A stretch of 64,000 bases of DNA from NCBI GenBank assembly GCA_045590995.1, contig JAZNRY010000101.1, positions 5,823 to 69,822 of the forward strand. The letters are read 5' to 3'. The notes beneath the pieces are model-generated. The model saw only the letters and a list, made by a program, of their open reading frames with translations, did not search any database and was not told where the DNA came from. The stretch comes from Paludibacteraceae bacterium (GTDB lineage Bacteria > Bacteroidota > Bacteroidia > Bacteroidales > Paludibacteraceae). Below, piece by piece: positions 9,174 to 19,032 of the stretch. The position numbers and the translations under genes are program-made. Each line of letters begins with the position of its first letter. Positions within the stretch are counted from its first letter, which is position 1.

Positions 9174-9285
9174 ATGTATATCCATCCTTTCGGACTTTGG
9201 CCTCGCATAAAATGATCAGGTGTACCTTCGAGGACACCTTACCCTCGAAACTACGGTCGCATTATGAAGCCCATGTGCTACAAAA

Positions 9286-9320
9286 CGGCATAGAAAGCTT
9301 AACTTTCTGCCGTTTTTTTT
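9286..9320 (+). terminator. second intrinsic terminator before the tsaC promoter
   Basis: CGGCA(t)AGAAAG-cttaa-CTTTCTGCCG followed by T8. Confidence 0.55.
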
Positions 9321-9349
9321 GCACATGTGCATTTTTTGTTGTACCTTTG
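9318..9349 (+). promoter_or_regulatory. tsaC promoter
   Basis: TTTG at 9318-9321 and TACCTTTG at 9342-9349. Confidence 0.6.
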
Positions 9350-9357
9350 CAGTCGGT

Positions 9358-9942
9358 ATGGAAATGCGATACGATAAACAGGATTTGCAGAATGCCCTTC
9401 GGGTGTTACGAGCGGGTGGAGTAATACTCTATCCAACGGATACGGTGTGGGGTATAGGATGCGATGCTACCAATGCTTCAGCGGTCGCGCGCGTGTACGA
9501 AATAAAAAGGCGTGTGGATAGCAAGGCTATGTTGGTATTATTGGATGGGGCAGGTAAGTTGCAAGGTTATATGGACAAAGTGCCCGATACCGCGTGGATG
9601 TTGCTGGAGGCAAGCGAAGGGCAGAAACCTATGACGATCATTTATCCTCGTGCGAAGAACTTGGCAGCAAACTTGTTGGCGGATGATGGTAGTGTGGGTA
9701 TTCGTATCACGCAAGAGCCCTTTACGAAGGCACTTTGTGAGCAATTGAGGCGTCCGATAGTTTCGACCTCAGCCAACTACAGTGGAGAGCCAACGGCAAA
9801 GACTTTTGGCGATATTATGCCTGCTTTGTTGGAGGCAGTGGATTATGTATGTGCGTATCGTCGTGACGATAACACAAACCATCAGCCCTCTTCTATCATA
9901 AAGATTGATGAGGCCGAACGAATAACGATTATTAGAAAATAG
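9358..9942 (+). CDS. tsaC: L-threonylcarbamoyladenylate synthase (YrdC/Sua5 family)
   Basis: The ORF-track start at 9319 is TTG and lies inside the promoter. ATG 9358 follows the -7 box at 9342-9349. Motifs GGVILYPTDTVWGIGCDATN and VSTSANYSGEP. Confidence 0.85.
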   Translation: MEMRYDKQDLQNALRVLRAGGVILYPTDTVWGIGCDATNASAVARVYEIKRRVDSKAMLVLLDGAGKLQGYMDKVPDTAWMLLEASEGQKPMTIIYPRAKNLAANLLADDGSVGIRITQEPFTKALCEQLRRPIVSTSANYSGEPTAKTFGDIMPALLEAVDYVCAYRRDDNTNHQPSSIIKIDEAERITIIRK

Positions 9943-9943
9943 A

Positions 9944-11242
9944 ATGAAGCTTCTTTCCAAATACCGTAAACAACAGCTGGCGTATATCTGTGTGGATATA
10001 CTATCTTCGCTATTGGTTTGGTTGGCATTCTTGGGCTTTCGTTGGATGGTGTATGAGGGAAAAGTGATGGGGGTGGATACGCTTTGGATTCCAATGTTTG
10101 ATTTTTATCGCCCATTATTGTTATATCCATTGGGTTGTTTGATGGTATATTACTTAATGGGATATTATTTGCGACCTTTTAACAAAGATTATGCGCAAGA
10201 GTTTCGTGTTACCTTTCTTTCTGCATTGCTGATTGCTTTTGGGGCATTCTTTGTGATAATTATAGATGACCCCGTTAGTAGTTATCATCGGTATCTGACA
10301 TCCTTGTTGGTGTTAATAGGGGTGCATTTTGTGTTGAGTTATTTGCCGCGCTTATGTGTGACTATATTGTCGCGCAATCGTGGTGCTCATTTGCCAACCT
10401 ATTACACTATTCGTTCGTTGAAGCAAATAGATGATTTTAAGCAACATTTTTCGAAAGAGAATGATGTTGATGAAGTGGTGATAGATCTTCCTCAAACAGC
10501 CTCGGAGAAAGATATTTATACGATTATTAATCAATTATATCCCTATGGCGTTGAGATAGCGATTAAGCCTCGCTTGTATGATATGCTTACTGGTGCTGCG
10601 AGTATTAAGGATGTGGAAGATATGCCATTGGTACGCATAACAGAACACAAGATGAGCGATTCGCAGTTGTGTATGAAGCGGGCATTTGATGTGTTGCTTT
10701 CTTCACTGTCTTTGTTGGTGTTGTCACCAGTATATATATTATTGTACATACTGGTTTGGTGCACTTCTAAAGGTCCTGCTATATACAAACAAGAGCGTAT
10801 CGGATTACATGGCATACCTTTTCAGATATTAAAATTCCGCACCATGTATAATGATGCCGAGTCTGATATTCCTATGTTGAGTGCAGATCACGATTCGCGG
10901 ATTACCAAGGTGGGTGCATTCTTGCGTAAGTATCGTTTGGATGAGTTGCCACAAATGTGGAATGTGCTGAAAGGAGATATGTCTATTGTCGGTCCGCGCC
11001 CAGAGCGAAAGTACTTTATAGAACAGATAGAACAACAAGCCCCTTACTATTGTTTATTGTACAAAATACGCCCTGGTTTAACCAGTTGGGGACCTGTAAA
11101 AGTGGGATATACTGATACGATAGAAAAAATGATTCGCCGCCTTAATTACGATGTGGTGTATGTGGAGAATATGTCACTGCAATTGGACTTTAAGATTCTC
11201 TTCCACACGATTGGTGTAATTCTGGATGGCAAAGGGAAATAG
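9944..11242 (+). CDS. polyprenyl-phosphate sugar phosphotransferase (WbaP/EpsB-like bacterial sugar transferase)
   Basis: Four N-terminal TM helices. C-terminal KRAFDVLLSS..ILKFRTM..DELPQMWNVLKGDMSIVGPRPE. Confidence 0.85.
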   Translation: MKLLSKYRKQQLAYICVDILSSLLVWLAFLGFRWMVYEGKVMGVDTLWIPMFDFYRPLLLYPLGCLMVYYLMGYYLRPFNKDYAQEFRVTFLSALLIAFGAFFVIIIDDPVSSYHRYLTSLLVLIGVHFVLSYLPRLCVTILSRNRGAHLPTYYTIRSLKQIDDFKQHFSKENDVDEVVIDLPQTASEKDIYTIINQLYPYGVEIAIKPRLYDMLTGAASIKDVEDMPLVRITEHKMSDSQLCMKRAFDVLLSSLSLLVLSPVYILLYILVWCTSKGPAIYKQERIGLHGIPFQILKFRTMYNDAESDIPMLSADHDSRITKVGAFLRKYRLDELPQMWNVLKGDMSIVGPRPERKYFIEQIEQQAPYYCLLYKIRPGLTSWGPVKVGYTDTIEKMIRRLNYDVVYVENMSLQLDFKILFHTIGVILDGKGK

Positions 11243-11265
11243 TGTAAAGTGTAAAGGAGGGTGTT

Positions 11266-11442
11266 ATGAGTTACGATGAAGCAATAAAGCGAATAGAGCA
11301 GATTGTTAATGAGTTAGAACAATCGGAAGCGTTGAGCATGGAGGCGTATCAAGCCAAAGCCAAAGAGGCAAAAGATTTGCTATGCTTTTGCCAAAAACAG
11401 TTGACGGATTGGGAGGAGAAAATGGAAGAGGTAATACGGTAA
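11266..11442 (+). CDS. xseB: exodeoxyribonuclease VII small subunit
   Basis: 58 aa, below the ORF-track cutoff. My own translation: MSYDEAIKRIEQIVNELEQSEALSMEAYQAKAKEAKDLLCFCQKQLTDWEEKMEEVIR. This is the typical XseB helical hairpin pattern. Confidence 0.75.
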   Translation: MSYDEAIKRIEQIVNELEQSEALSMEAYQAKAKEAKDLLCFCQKQLTDWEEKMEEVIR

Positions 11443-11443
11443 A

Positions 11444-13252
11444 TTACTCTTCGGAGAAGTGCACGAGCACATGACGATAGGAATTGAATATCTTGGACTT
11501 CGATACGAATCCAAGGTATTTTTTTTGTTCGTCCACTACAGGTAGGTTCCACGCTCCTGTATCCTCAAATACTTCCATGACTTTGCCCATAGGCATGGTG
11601 TTGGTGATGATGGCTTGAGGTGAGTTCATCAGTTGCTTCACGGTGAAGCGATTGTAGAGGCGTGGTTGGAACATGATGTTGCGTACCTCATCCAAGAGCA
11701 GGATACCCAAGAGTTTGCCATTCGTGTCCACTACAGGGAAAATGTTTCGGCGACTTTGAGCAATGACTTTGACTAACTCTCCGAGTGTCATCTCAGGATT
11801 GAGTGTCATGAGGTCTGTTTCGAGTACATTGTCCATCTTAAGCAGTGTAAGCACAGAGCGATCTTTGTTGTGCGTGAGGAGTTCGCCTTTTTGCGCCAAA
11901 CGCATAGCATAGAGGCTATGTGGCTCGAATATCTTGATAGTCAGAAATGAGATAACAGCTACGGCCATTAGTGGCATGAATAAGTGGTAGCCACCCGTGA
12001 GTTCTGCAATGAGGAAGATACCTGTAAGCGGTGCGTGCATGACACCAGCCATCAATCCAGACATACCAGCCAAAGCAAAGTTGGCTTCTGGAACTTCAAT
12101 GCCAATCATATTCATTAGTCTGGCGCAAATGAAGCCCGTGATAGCACCCATGAATAGTGAAGGAGCGAAGATTCCTCCTACACCGCCACCGCCATTGGTA
12201 GCTACTGAAGCAAAAATCTTGAGTAACACAATTGCGGAGAAATAGCCAACCAGAATCCAAGAACCAGTGCCAAAGCGTTCGAAAGGACTATTGGCAATAG
12301 CAGAGATGGAGTCGCCGTTGATGAGCTGCTTGATGACATCATATCCCTCGCCATAGAGTGGGGGAAAGAGGAATAACAGCAAACCCAATGCCGAACCGCC
12401 AACGAGGAACTTTAACCAAATATTCTGTACATATCGTTTGAATAACTGCTCCAAGCGATTCATTCCGCGTGTAAAATAGAGTGATACCAATCCACATACA
12501 ATACCCAATATAACATACCAAGGCAGTCGCTCTACAAAGAAAGGTTCGCTATTTGTGAGCGGGAACATTGCCTCTTGCCCATTGACAAAGAACGATATAG
12601 CTGTTGCTGTCACAGAGGAGATGAGCAGTGGAGCCATACGCGTCATGGTTAGGTCCATCATCAGCACTTCAAGGGTAAAAACAAGACCAGCGATAGGGGC
12701 TTGGAAGATACCTCCGATTGCACCTGCCGCACCGCAACCAATCATGAGCATCATTGTCTTTTGGTCAAGGCGGAATAGTTTTGCCAAATTGCTGCCGATA
12801 GCGGCACCTGTCATAACGATAGGTGCCTCAGCTCCGACTGAACCTCCAAAACCAATGGTAATAGCCGATCCTACCACCGAAGTCCATGTATTATGGAGCT
12901 TGATAATCGATTTGCGCTGAGAGATAGCGTAAAGAATTTTAGTAATACCATGTGATATGTCGTCTTTCACGACATATTTCACGAATAGTCCTGCCAGTGT
13001 GATACCAATCATCGGGGTGATGAGATACCACCAGTGGTCCTGCTCAATGAGGTAGTGCTCCACCAAGTGATGGATGCCGTGTATCATTAGTTTGAGAAGT
13101 TGAGCAGCGCACGAAGCCAATGCTCCCACAAAGAAACTCAGGGTCAAGACGAGGTTTTTTTGCGGGATATGCTGCTCACGCCAAGCGATGAATCGATCGT
13201 ATGTTATTCCTGCGTGTCCCAACCTATGCCACGGTATTTGTCCAGATCCCAC
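11444..13252 (-). CDS. ClC-family chloride channel/antiporter with C-terminal CBS pair
   Basis: [17 protein letters not shown] and [11 protein letters not shown] selectivity motifs, with a CBS pair at the C-terminus. The start is uncertain: GTG 13252 or TTG 13222, and both overlap the obg 3' end. Confidence 0.85.
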   Translation of the reverse strand: MGSGQIPWHRLGHAGITYDRFIAWREQHIPQKNLVLTLSFFVGALASCAAQLLKLMIHGIHHLVEHYLIEQDHWWYLITPMIGITLAGLFVKYVVKDDISHGITKILYAISQRKSIIKLHNTWTSVVGSAITIGFGGSVGAEAPIVMTGAAIGSNLAKLFRLDQKTMMLMIGCGAAGAIGGIFQAPIAGLVFTLEVLMMDLTMTRMAPLLISSVTATAISFFVNGQEAMFPLTNSEPFFVERLPWYVILGIVCGLVSLYFTRGMNRLEQLFKRYVQNIWLKFLVGGSALGLLLFLFPPLYGEGYDVIKQLINGDSISAIANSPFERFGTGSWILVGYFSAIVLLKIFASVATNGGGGVGGIFAPSLFMGAITGFICARLMNMIGIEVPEANFALAGMSGLMAGVMHAPLTGIFLIAELTGGYHLFMPLMAVAVISFLTIKIFEPHSLYAMRLAQKGELLTHNKDRSVLTLLKMDNVLETDLMTLNPEMTLGELVKVIAQSRRNIFPVVDTNGKLLGILLLDEVRNIMFQPRLYNRFTVKQLMNSPQAIITNTMPMGKVMEVFEDTGAWNLPVVDEQKKYLGFVSKSKIFNSYRHVLVHFSEE

Positions 13253-14376
13253 TCCTCTTCCACTTCGTTGAGGTAGATGGTGTGTGGCTCGTCGTCGTCT
13301 TCTTCGGGTTCCTCGTCACGCTCAATGATTTTGACTTCAATGGGTGAGTGAGAAATTTCAATAACTTGATTCTGCTCTTTGTTGAGTTCTTCCCACAGCA
13401 TGTCCTTTAACTCGGTGAGTCCCATTCCGCTGGCGGAAGAAAAGCAGATAACAGATATACCTAATTCCTTACTAAGTTGTTTTGTAAGTTTATCAAGGTT
13501 AATATCTGGGTCTGCGATGTCGCATTTGGAGATAGCCAAGATACGTGCTTTGGTCAGCAGTTGTGGATTGTATTTTTCCAACTCTGAGAGCAATATCTCG
13601 TATTCCTTTTTGATATCTTCGGTGATGACGGGTACCATAAAGAGCAGTACCGCGTTACGCTCAATGTGTCGTAAGAAACGCAGTCCCAGTCCACGACCTT
13701 CGGCGGCACCCTCGATGATTCCTGGAATGTCTGCCATACAGAATGACTGATTATCGCGGTAGGAAACGATGCCGAGTTGGGGTGTCAGCGTGGTAAATGG
13801 ATAGTCCGCAATCTCGGGTTTTGCTGCGCTGACCACAGATAGCAGGGTTGATTTGCCAGCATTAGGGAAACCTACAAGTCCGACATCAGCGAGCACTTTG
13901 AGTTGTAGAATCACATTGGCTTCCATGCATGGTTCGCCGGGTTGTGCGTAGCGGGGAGCTTGGTTGGTAGCGGTGCGGAAATGCCAGTTGCCGAGTCCGC
14001 CTTTGCCTCCACGGAAGAGAATAATCTCTTCTTGATGCTCTTTTATTTCGCACATAAACTCGCCCGTGTCGCCATTGTAAACCACTGTACCACAAGGAAC
14101 CTCGATGATTTTATCCTCGCCGTCCTTGCCAAACGAACGCGATGGACCACCTTTGCTACCATCGGTGGCAAGGATATGCTTTTGATATTTCAAATGGAGT
14201 AGCGTCCACAGGTTGCGATTGCCTCGGAGGATAATATGTCCCCCTCGTCCTCCATCACCTCCATCGGGACCACCCTTGGGAACATATTTCGCACGGTGGA
14301 AGTGCATGCTACCAGGGCCGCCTTTACCAGAACGACAGTAGATTTTTACATAATCAATAAATGAAGATGATGCCAT
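13204..14376 (-). CDS. obg: GTPase Obg
   Basis: [34 protein letters not shown]1 motif GFPNAGKST, then DIPG. Acidic C-terminal tail. Confidence 0.95.
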   Translation of the reverse strand: MASSSFIDYVKIYCRSGKGGPGSMHFHRAKYVPKGGPDGGDGGRGGHIILRGNRNLWTLLHLKYQKHILATDGSKGGPSRSFGKDGEDKIIEVPCGTVVYNGDTGEFMCEIKEHQEEIILFRGGKGGLGNWHFRTATNQAPRYAQPGEPCMEANVILQLKVLADVGLVGFPNAGKSTLLSVVSAAKPEIADYPFTTLTPQLGIVSYRDNQSFCMADIPGIIEGAAEGRGLGLRFLRHIERNAVLLFMVPVITEDIKKEYEILLSELEKYNPQLLTKARILAISKCDIADPDINLDKLTKQLSKELGISVICFSSASGMGLTELKDMLWEELNKEQNQVIEISHSPIEVKIIERDEEPEEDDDEPHTIYLNEVEEEWDLDKYRGIGWDTQE

Positions 14377-14420
14377 GGTTTATTTGTGATTGGACAATTT
14401 GCAATTGATATTCAAAAATA

Positions 14421-14993
14421 TTATTGAATTAATTTCAGTATAGTGTCAATCTGACTGAAAGTATCCTCCATGGAGTAGTTGCCATTGATAGCAAAATAGT
14501 TATGGCGATGGAGGTAATATGTACATACAGGTTTTGTTTCGGATTGATATACTTGCAAGCGTTTTTTGATTGTTTCGTAGTTGTCATCTGCACGACCGCT
14601 TGTCTTTCCTCGATTGAGAAGACGCTTGATGACTTCATCTTCCTCCACAAACAAATCAAGGAGAACGGCCTTCATATGGCGACGCTCCATCAATAGTTCG
14701 AAAGCTTCGGCTTGTGCTACTGTTCGTGGAAAACCATCAAAAATAACCCCCTTGCAATCAGCAGGCAAATTGTCTATATAGCGCTCAATGAGGTGAATCA
14801 TTTTATGGTCAGGAACAAGGTTTCCGCCAGCAATCAATTCGTCAATCTCTTTTCCCAGTTCGCTACCAGATTTAATCTCTTGACGGAGAGCATCGCCTGT
14901 TGAAAGGTGTTGCAAACCATATTTTTCTACAATGATATCCGATTGTGTTCCCTTTCCGCTACCAGGGGCTCCGCAGAGGATAATGTTTAGCAT
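14421..14993 (-). CDS. adk: adenylate kinase
   Basis: MLNIILCGAPGSGKGTQ P-loop, 190 aa. Confidence 0.95.
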   Translation of the reverse strand: MLNIILCGAPGSGKGTQSDIIVEKYGLQHLSTGDALRQEIKSGSELGKEIDELIAGGNLVPDHKMIHLIERYIDNLPADCKGVIFDGFPRTVAQAEAFELLMERRHMKAVLLDLFVEEDEVIKRLLNRGKTSGRADDNYETIKKRLQVYQSETKPVCTYYLHRHNYFAINGNYSMEDTFSQIDTILKLIQ

Positions 14994-15039
14994 AGTTGAA
15001 ATGTTCTAAAATTTTTAAGAGTTTTAGGGTCAAAGTTGG

Positions 15040-15071
15040 ACACAAAACGAGTTGCCCCAAAAGAGCAACTC
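15040..15071 (-). terminator. hup terminator
   Basis: GAGTTGC-N9-GCAACTC, followed on the minus strand by GTTTTGTG. Confidence 0.45.
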
Positions 15072-15091
15072 GCTGTATCTACAAGATAGGA

Positions 15092-15355
15092 TTAGAGAGC
15101 CAAACCTTTACCAGCTTTGAACTTAGCCACTTTCTTAGCAGCAATCTCAATCTTAGCACCAGTAGCAGGGTTAACGCCTTGGCGAGCAGCTTTCTCAACT
15201 ACAGAGAAAGTACCGAAACCTACCAATTGTACGCTCTCGCCCTTTTGGAGTGCGCCAGCGATTGCATTTACAGTTGCCTCAAGAGCACCTTGTGCTTGTA
15301 CTTTTGTCAAACCAGCCTCAGCTGCAATAGCAGCTACTAAATCTGCTTTATTCAT
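15092..15355 (-). CDS. hup: HU family DNA-binding protein
   Basis: MNKADLVAAIA..GFGTFSVVEKAARQGVNPATG, 87 aa. Confidence 0.95.
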   Translation of the reverse strand: MNKADLVAAIAAEAGLTKVQAQGALEATVNAIAGALQKGESVQLVGFGTFSVVEKAARQGVNPATGAKIEIAAKKVAKFKAGKGLAL

Positions 15356-15421
15356 ACGAAAATTAGATTAAATAATTAAACATTAAGTATATTACATTGG
15401 AATTTCCAACGATTTGCTTGC

Positions 15422-15452
15422 AAAGTTACAATATTTTTCTTATACTGCAAAC
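15422..15452 (-). promoter_or_regulatory. hup promoter
   Basis: Reverse-strand TAACTTTG at 15422-15429 and TTTG at 15449-15452. Confidence 0.6.
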
Positions 15453-15520
15453 ATTTTGACTGAAAAAATGTCATTTTTCTGCCATTTTTTGTATTTTTCT
15501 GTTGTATAGCACGATTTTTG

Positions 15521-15551
15521 TTTGTATTTTCGTGTTTTTTTATTACTTTTG
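15521..15551 (+). promoter_or_regulatory. rhomboid gene promoter
   Basis: TTTG at 15521-15524 and TACTTTTG at 15544-15551. Confidence 0.6.
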
Positions 15552-15576
15552 CATAGAAATTATCAATCAATAGACA

Positions 15577-16389
15577 ATGTTTAGAAATTTACCACCGATT
15601 ACAAAAAATCTATTGTTCATCAATGTTATCTGCTATTTGGCAGATGTAGTTTTTCAGCGTTATGGCATTAATTTTAGCCATATTTTTGGCTTGCATTATT
15701 TGACGGCTTCTGACTTCCGTTTGTGGCAACCGCTGACCTATATGTTTATGCATGCAAATTTTTCGCATATCTTCTTCAATATGTTTGCGGTGCTGATGTT
15801 TGCTCCTGCGTTGGAAGATCGTTGGGGAGGGAAACGCTTTTTGATTTATTACTTCATTACGGGTTTGGGCGCTGCGATCGTGCAAGAGACTGTATGGGCA
15901 TTGCAGTTGCAACCAGTGTTGAACAGCCTTGATTCGTTGATGGCAAGTCAATTAGCGAACCGAGTAGTGACTATTGGTGCCAGCGGTGCAGTGTTTGGAA
16001 TCTTGTTAGCGTTTGGCTGGTTGTTCCCCGATGTGCGTATGTATATTATGTTTATTCCGATCCCTATACGCGCGCGTACCTTGGTTATTATCTATGCGTT
16101 GATAGAGTTATTTACAGGTTTGGCTCCTTCGGCGGGAGATAATGTGGCGCACTTCGCGCACTTGGGCGGTATGATTTTTGGCTGGTTGCTTATTCTTTGG
16201 TGGCGTTATCGCGGGTATGATGGTTTTGATTCTACGCCATGGAATGATGGCACGCTCCGCCGTTGGTGGGAGAATGTGAAGCGTTGGATTCGCGATAAAT
16301 GGGAGGACCGCTTCCCGCCTCGTCATCCGCGTATCAATCGCGATAAAGACAGCAACTACCGCGACTATCACTACCACGAGCCGTTGTGA
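15577..16389 (+). CDS. rhomboid family intramembrane serine protease
   Basis: HANFSHIFFN, GASGAVFGIL (GxSG) and AHLGG motifs across 6 TM helices. Confidence 0.85.
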   Translation: MFRNLPPITKNLLFINVICYLADVVFQRYGINFSHIFGLHYLTASDFRLWQPLTYMFMHANFSHIFFNMFAVLMFAPALEDRWGGKRFLIYYFITGLGAAIVQETVWALQLQPVLNSLDSLMASQLANRVVTIGASGAVFGILLAFGWLFPDVRMYIMFIPIPIRARTLVIIYALIELFTGLAPSAGDNVAHFAHLGGMIFGWLLILWWRYRGYDGFDSTPWNDGTLRRWWENVKRWIRDKWEDRFPPRHPRINRDKDSNYRDYHYHEPL

Positions 16390-16408
16390 TGCTTGTCTGT
16401 AGGAAACA

Positions 16409-18694
16409 TTAAGTATCTACATCAACGGAAACGACAGTACCCTTGCAATCCGTCTGCTGCAAGACGAGGTGGATACATTCGTGCAACAGTTGCTTGGCAT
16501 GTCGGATATTCGCCCCTTGCTCAACACGCAGGCGCAGTTGGCGGATATATTGGTTGTTGCGACGAGAAACTTGCGGAGTAATCACGCTGGAGATACGAGT
16601 CCCAAAAATATCTTGTAATGCCTGCATTAATACACGACTGCAATGCTCCAAACGGCGTTCATCACGATGACGCAAAGTGATCATCATTAACCGATGAAAT
16701 GGGGGGAAATAGAACATTTTGCGTTCGCTAACTTGCTGTTGGTAGATTCCTTTGAAATCGTGTGCGCATAACATTGTATATAAAGGATTCTTGGGGTCGA
16801 AAGTCTGAATCATCACCTCTCCTTGCTTACCACTGCGCCCTGCACGACCAGACACTTGTTCCAGCATTTGAAATGCGTACTCTGTACTGCGAAAATCAGG
16901 TTGATTGACCAGCATATCCGCTTGCAAAACCACCACCAAGGAGACATCATCGAAATGTAGTCCTTTCGTAACCATTTGTGTGCCGATAAGAATATCCACT
17001 TCGTGGCGCGCGAAACGGTCAATGATATGCTGATAAGCGTCCTTGCGGCGCGTAGTATCCAAATCCATACGCGCCAAGCGCGCATTCGGAAAAAGTCCTT
17101 GTATCTCCTCCTCCAAACGCTCCGTGCCAAATCCTTGTAATCGCCAAGGCGTACTACATTTGGGGCAATGGGAGGTTAGGGGATTAGGCGATGAGGCAAC
17201 GAGGCGATGAGGCGAAGGGGTGTAGCCGCAAGAGTGACAGATGAGGGTGTTGTGGCTCTTGTGGAAAGTCATGCTGACATCGCAGTTGGGACACTTGGGA
17301 ACCTCACCACAATTTGGACACTGCAAGAAGGGGGCATACCCTCTGCGATTTTGGAATAAGATTACTTGCTTGCCTTTAGCAATCTCCTCACGAATACGAA
17401 ATACCACAGGGTCGGCAAAATGACCATACATCTCTTTGCGATGATATTGGCGCTGCAAGTCCACCAATGTAATCTTTGGCAACTGCAAACCGCGAAAACG
17501 CTCTGTCATTTCGACAAGACTGTATTTACCCGACAATGCATTGTGGTAAGATTCGATAGAAGGAGTGGCTGTGCCTAATAGTACTTTAGCACCATACCAC
17601 TGTGCCATCATTATTGCCGCTGAACGCGCATGGTAACGCGGAGCAGGGTCCTGTTGCTTGTAACTGGGTTCGTGTTCTTCGTCCACAATGACCAAACCTA
17701 AATTGGAGAAAGGCAAGAATATCGCCGAGCGGGCGCCAAGGATGAGATTTGGATATTGGATATTGGACGCTTCGCTATTGGATATTGGTAATAGGCTGGA
17801 ATATATCTCGGTGCGTTCGTCGCTACTGAAGCGCGAATGATAGACCAATACTTGATTGCCAAAAACGGCTTGTAAGCGTTCGGTGAGTTGGGTAGTCAGG
17901 GCAATCTCGGGTACGAGATAAAGAACTTGTTTGCCTTGCTTTAGCACCTCGTCTATGAGATGAATATACACCTCCGTCTTGCCACTGGAGGTTACGCCAT
18001 GCAAGAGGGTTACATTCTTTGTTTTCCAACTTGTGCGTATCTCTTCAATCGCTCTTGTTTGTTGAATATCAAGGGTGTGCAACGCTTGTATTTGCCCTGT
18101 ATATTGACGCAAACGCGAGACTGGTCGTTCTTCTTCTAAAAATATTCCCTTGTCAATGAGCGTGCGCAATATTGTGCTACTCACTTTGCTCTCTTCTAAT
18201 AGTACGCGGCGTTCCACACCATTGTTATTCATGCGCAGGAAACAACGCAAAAGTTGCTCCTGCGACTTGGCACGGCGCAGACTATTCAATGCTAATTCTT
18301 GCTGGCGAGGATCTGCAAGCGAAGGATGTAAGTGAATGTACTGAGTGGTGCGAGCAGTATAGTTGTCGTCGATGATTCCAGCGGGTAATGCCGCTGCCAT
18401 TACTTCGCCTAATGTGCACATGTAATACTCCGCCATCCATTGCCAAAGACGCAATTGATGGGGCGTAACAACGGGTTGAGTGTCAATAATATCCACAATA
18501 TCTCGCACCTTGACCGAAGCAGGCAACTCGCCTTCGTGAAGGCGATAAACAACACCCGTAATAGTCTTCTTGCCCAATGGTACTAATACGCGCATGCCTG
18601 CCAATGGTGTTGGCATATTAGATGGGACACGATAGGTGTAGGCATCGGCAATTGCCAAGGGTAAAATTATATCAATCAATATGGTGTTGGACAT
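16409..18694 (-). CDS. priA: primosomal protein N' (replication restart helicase)
   Basis: GVTSSGKTEVY Walker A, VDEEH, and Cys pairs CPNCGEVPKCPNCD...CHSCG...CPKC. It contains two repeat-derived in-frame segments (see findings). Confidence 0.95.
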   Translation of the reverse strand: MSNTILIDIILPLAIADAYTYRVPSNMPTPLAGMRVLVPLGKKTITGVVYRLHEGELPASVKVRDIVDIIDTQPVVTPHQLRLWQWMAEYYMCTLGEVMAAALPAGIIDDNYTARTTQYIHLHPSLADPRQQELALNSLRRAKSQEQLLRCFLRMNNNGVERRVLLEESKVSSTILRTLIDKGIFLEEERPVSRLRQYTGQIQALHTLDIQQTRAIEEIRTSWKTKNVTLLHGVTSSGKTEVYIHLIDEVLKQGKQVLYLVPEIALTTQLTERLQAVFGNQVLVYHSRFSSDERTEIYSSLLPISNSEASNIQYPNLILGARSAIFLPFSNLGLVIVDEEHEPSYKQQDPAPRYHARSAAIMMAQWYGAKVLLGTATPSIESYHNALSGKYSLVEMTERFRGLQLPKITLVDLQRQYHRKEMYGHFADPVVFRIREEIAKGKQVILFQNRRGYAPFLQCPNCGEVPKCPNCDVSMTFHKSHNTLICHSCGYTPSPHRLVASSPNPLTSHCPKCSTPWRLQGFGTERLEEEIQGLFPNARLARMDLDTTRRKDAYQHIIDRFARHEVDILIGTQMVTKGLHFDDVSLVVVLQADMLVNQPDFRSTEYAFQMLEQVSGRAGRSGKQGEVMIQTFDPKNPLYTMLCAHDFKGIYQQQVSERKMFYFPPFHRLMMITLRHRDERRLEHCSRVLMQALQDIFGTRISSVITPQVSRRNNQYIRQLRLRVEQGANIRHAKQLLHECIHLVLQQTDCKGTVVSVDVDT
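17171..17220 (-). repeat. 16-nt direct repeat translated inside the priA zinc-binding region
   Basis: AGGCGATGAGGCAACG and AGGCGATGAGGCGAAG. Encodes SPHRLVASSPNP between CHSCG and CPKC. Confidence 0.6.
17747..17795 (-). repeat. related ATTGGAT/ACGCTTCGCTATTGG repeat translated inside priA
   Basis: ATTTGGATATTGGATATTGGACGCTTCGCTATTGGATATTGGTAATAGG. Translated as LLPISNSEASNIQYPNL. Confidence 0.65.
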
Positions 18695-18720
18695 GAATAC
18701 TTTTGACGATCATTTGCCTG

Positions 18721-18752
18721 CAAAATTACTGCTTTTTTTTGATATAGACAAG
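18721..18752 (-). promoter_or_regulatory. priA promoter
   Basis: Reverse-strand TAATTTTG at 18721-18728 and CTTG at 18749-18752. Confidence 0.55.
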
Positions 18753-18837
18753 TATTCAACACATTTTTTTGTGTGATAGTGTGGAAGTGTGGAAGTAGAA
18801 TGGTTGATTGGTGTTGTATTTCTGCCTTGTCAAAATA

Positions 18838-18870
18838 GCCGAGGATAAGCCGAAGATAAGCCGAAGATAG
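18838..18870. repeat. 11-bp-period array
   Basis: GCCGAGGATAA, GCCGAAGATAA, GCCGAAGATAG. Confidence 0.8.
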
Positions 18871-19032
18871 AAAAAAAGAGAGCGCGATATCACATCGAAC
18901 TCTCCTCCCATTATGAAAAACACTATTTATTAAATAACACAATTACTTGCGTTGTATCTGTACTTGATAAATTGTCTACAAAATCCGTGCCAAAGTGAAA
19001 TATAAAATGTAAAATTAATGCTTTTTTTGCAA

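Noticed and set aside
9180-9285. SRP (4.5S) RNA
   Set aside because: AUCAGGUG..GGA loosely recalls the SRP domain IV motif, but the conserved GGAA/AGCA symmetric-loop strings are absent.
13204-13252. 49-nt overlap of the ClC gene start with the obg 3' end, as a programmed feature
   Set aside because: It is probably a start-codon call issue. GTG 13252 and TTG 13222 both overlap, and no ATG is available. I cannot resolve this without alignment, so I do not treat it as biology.
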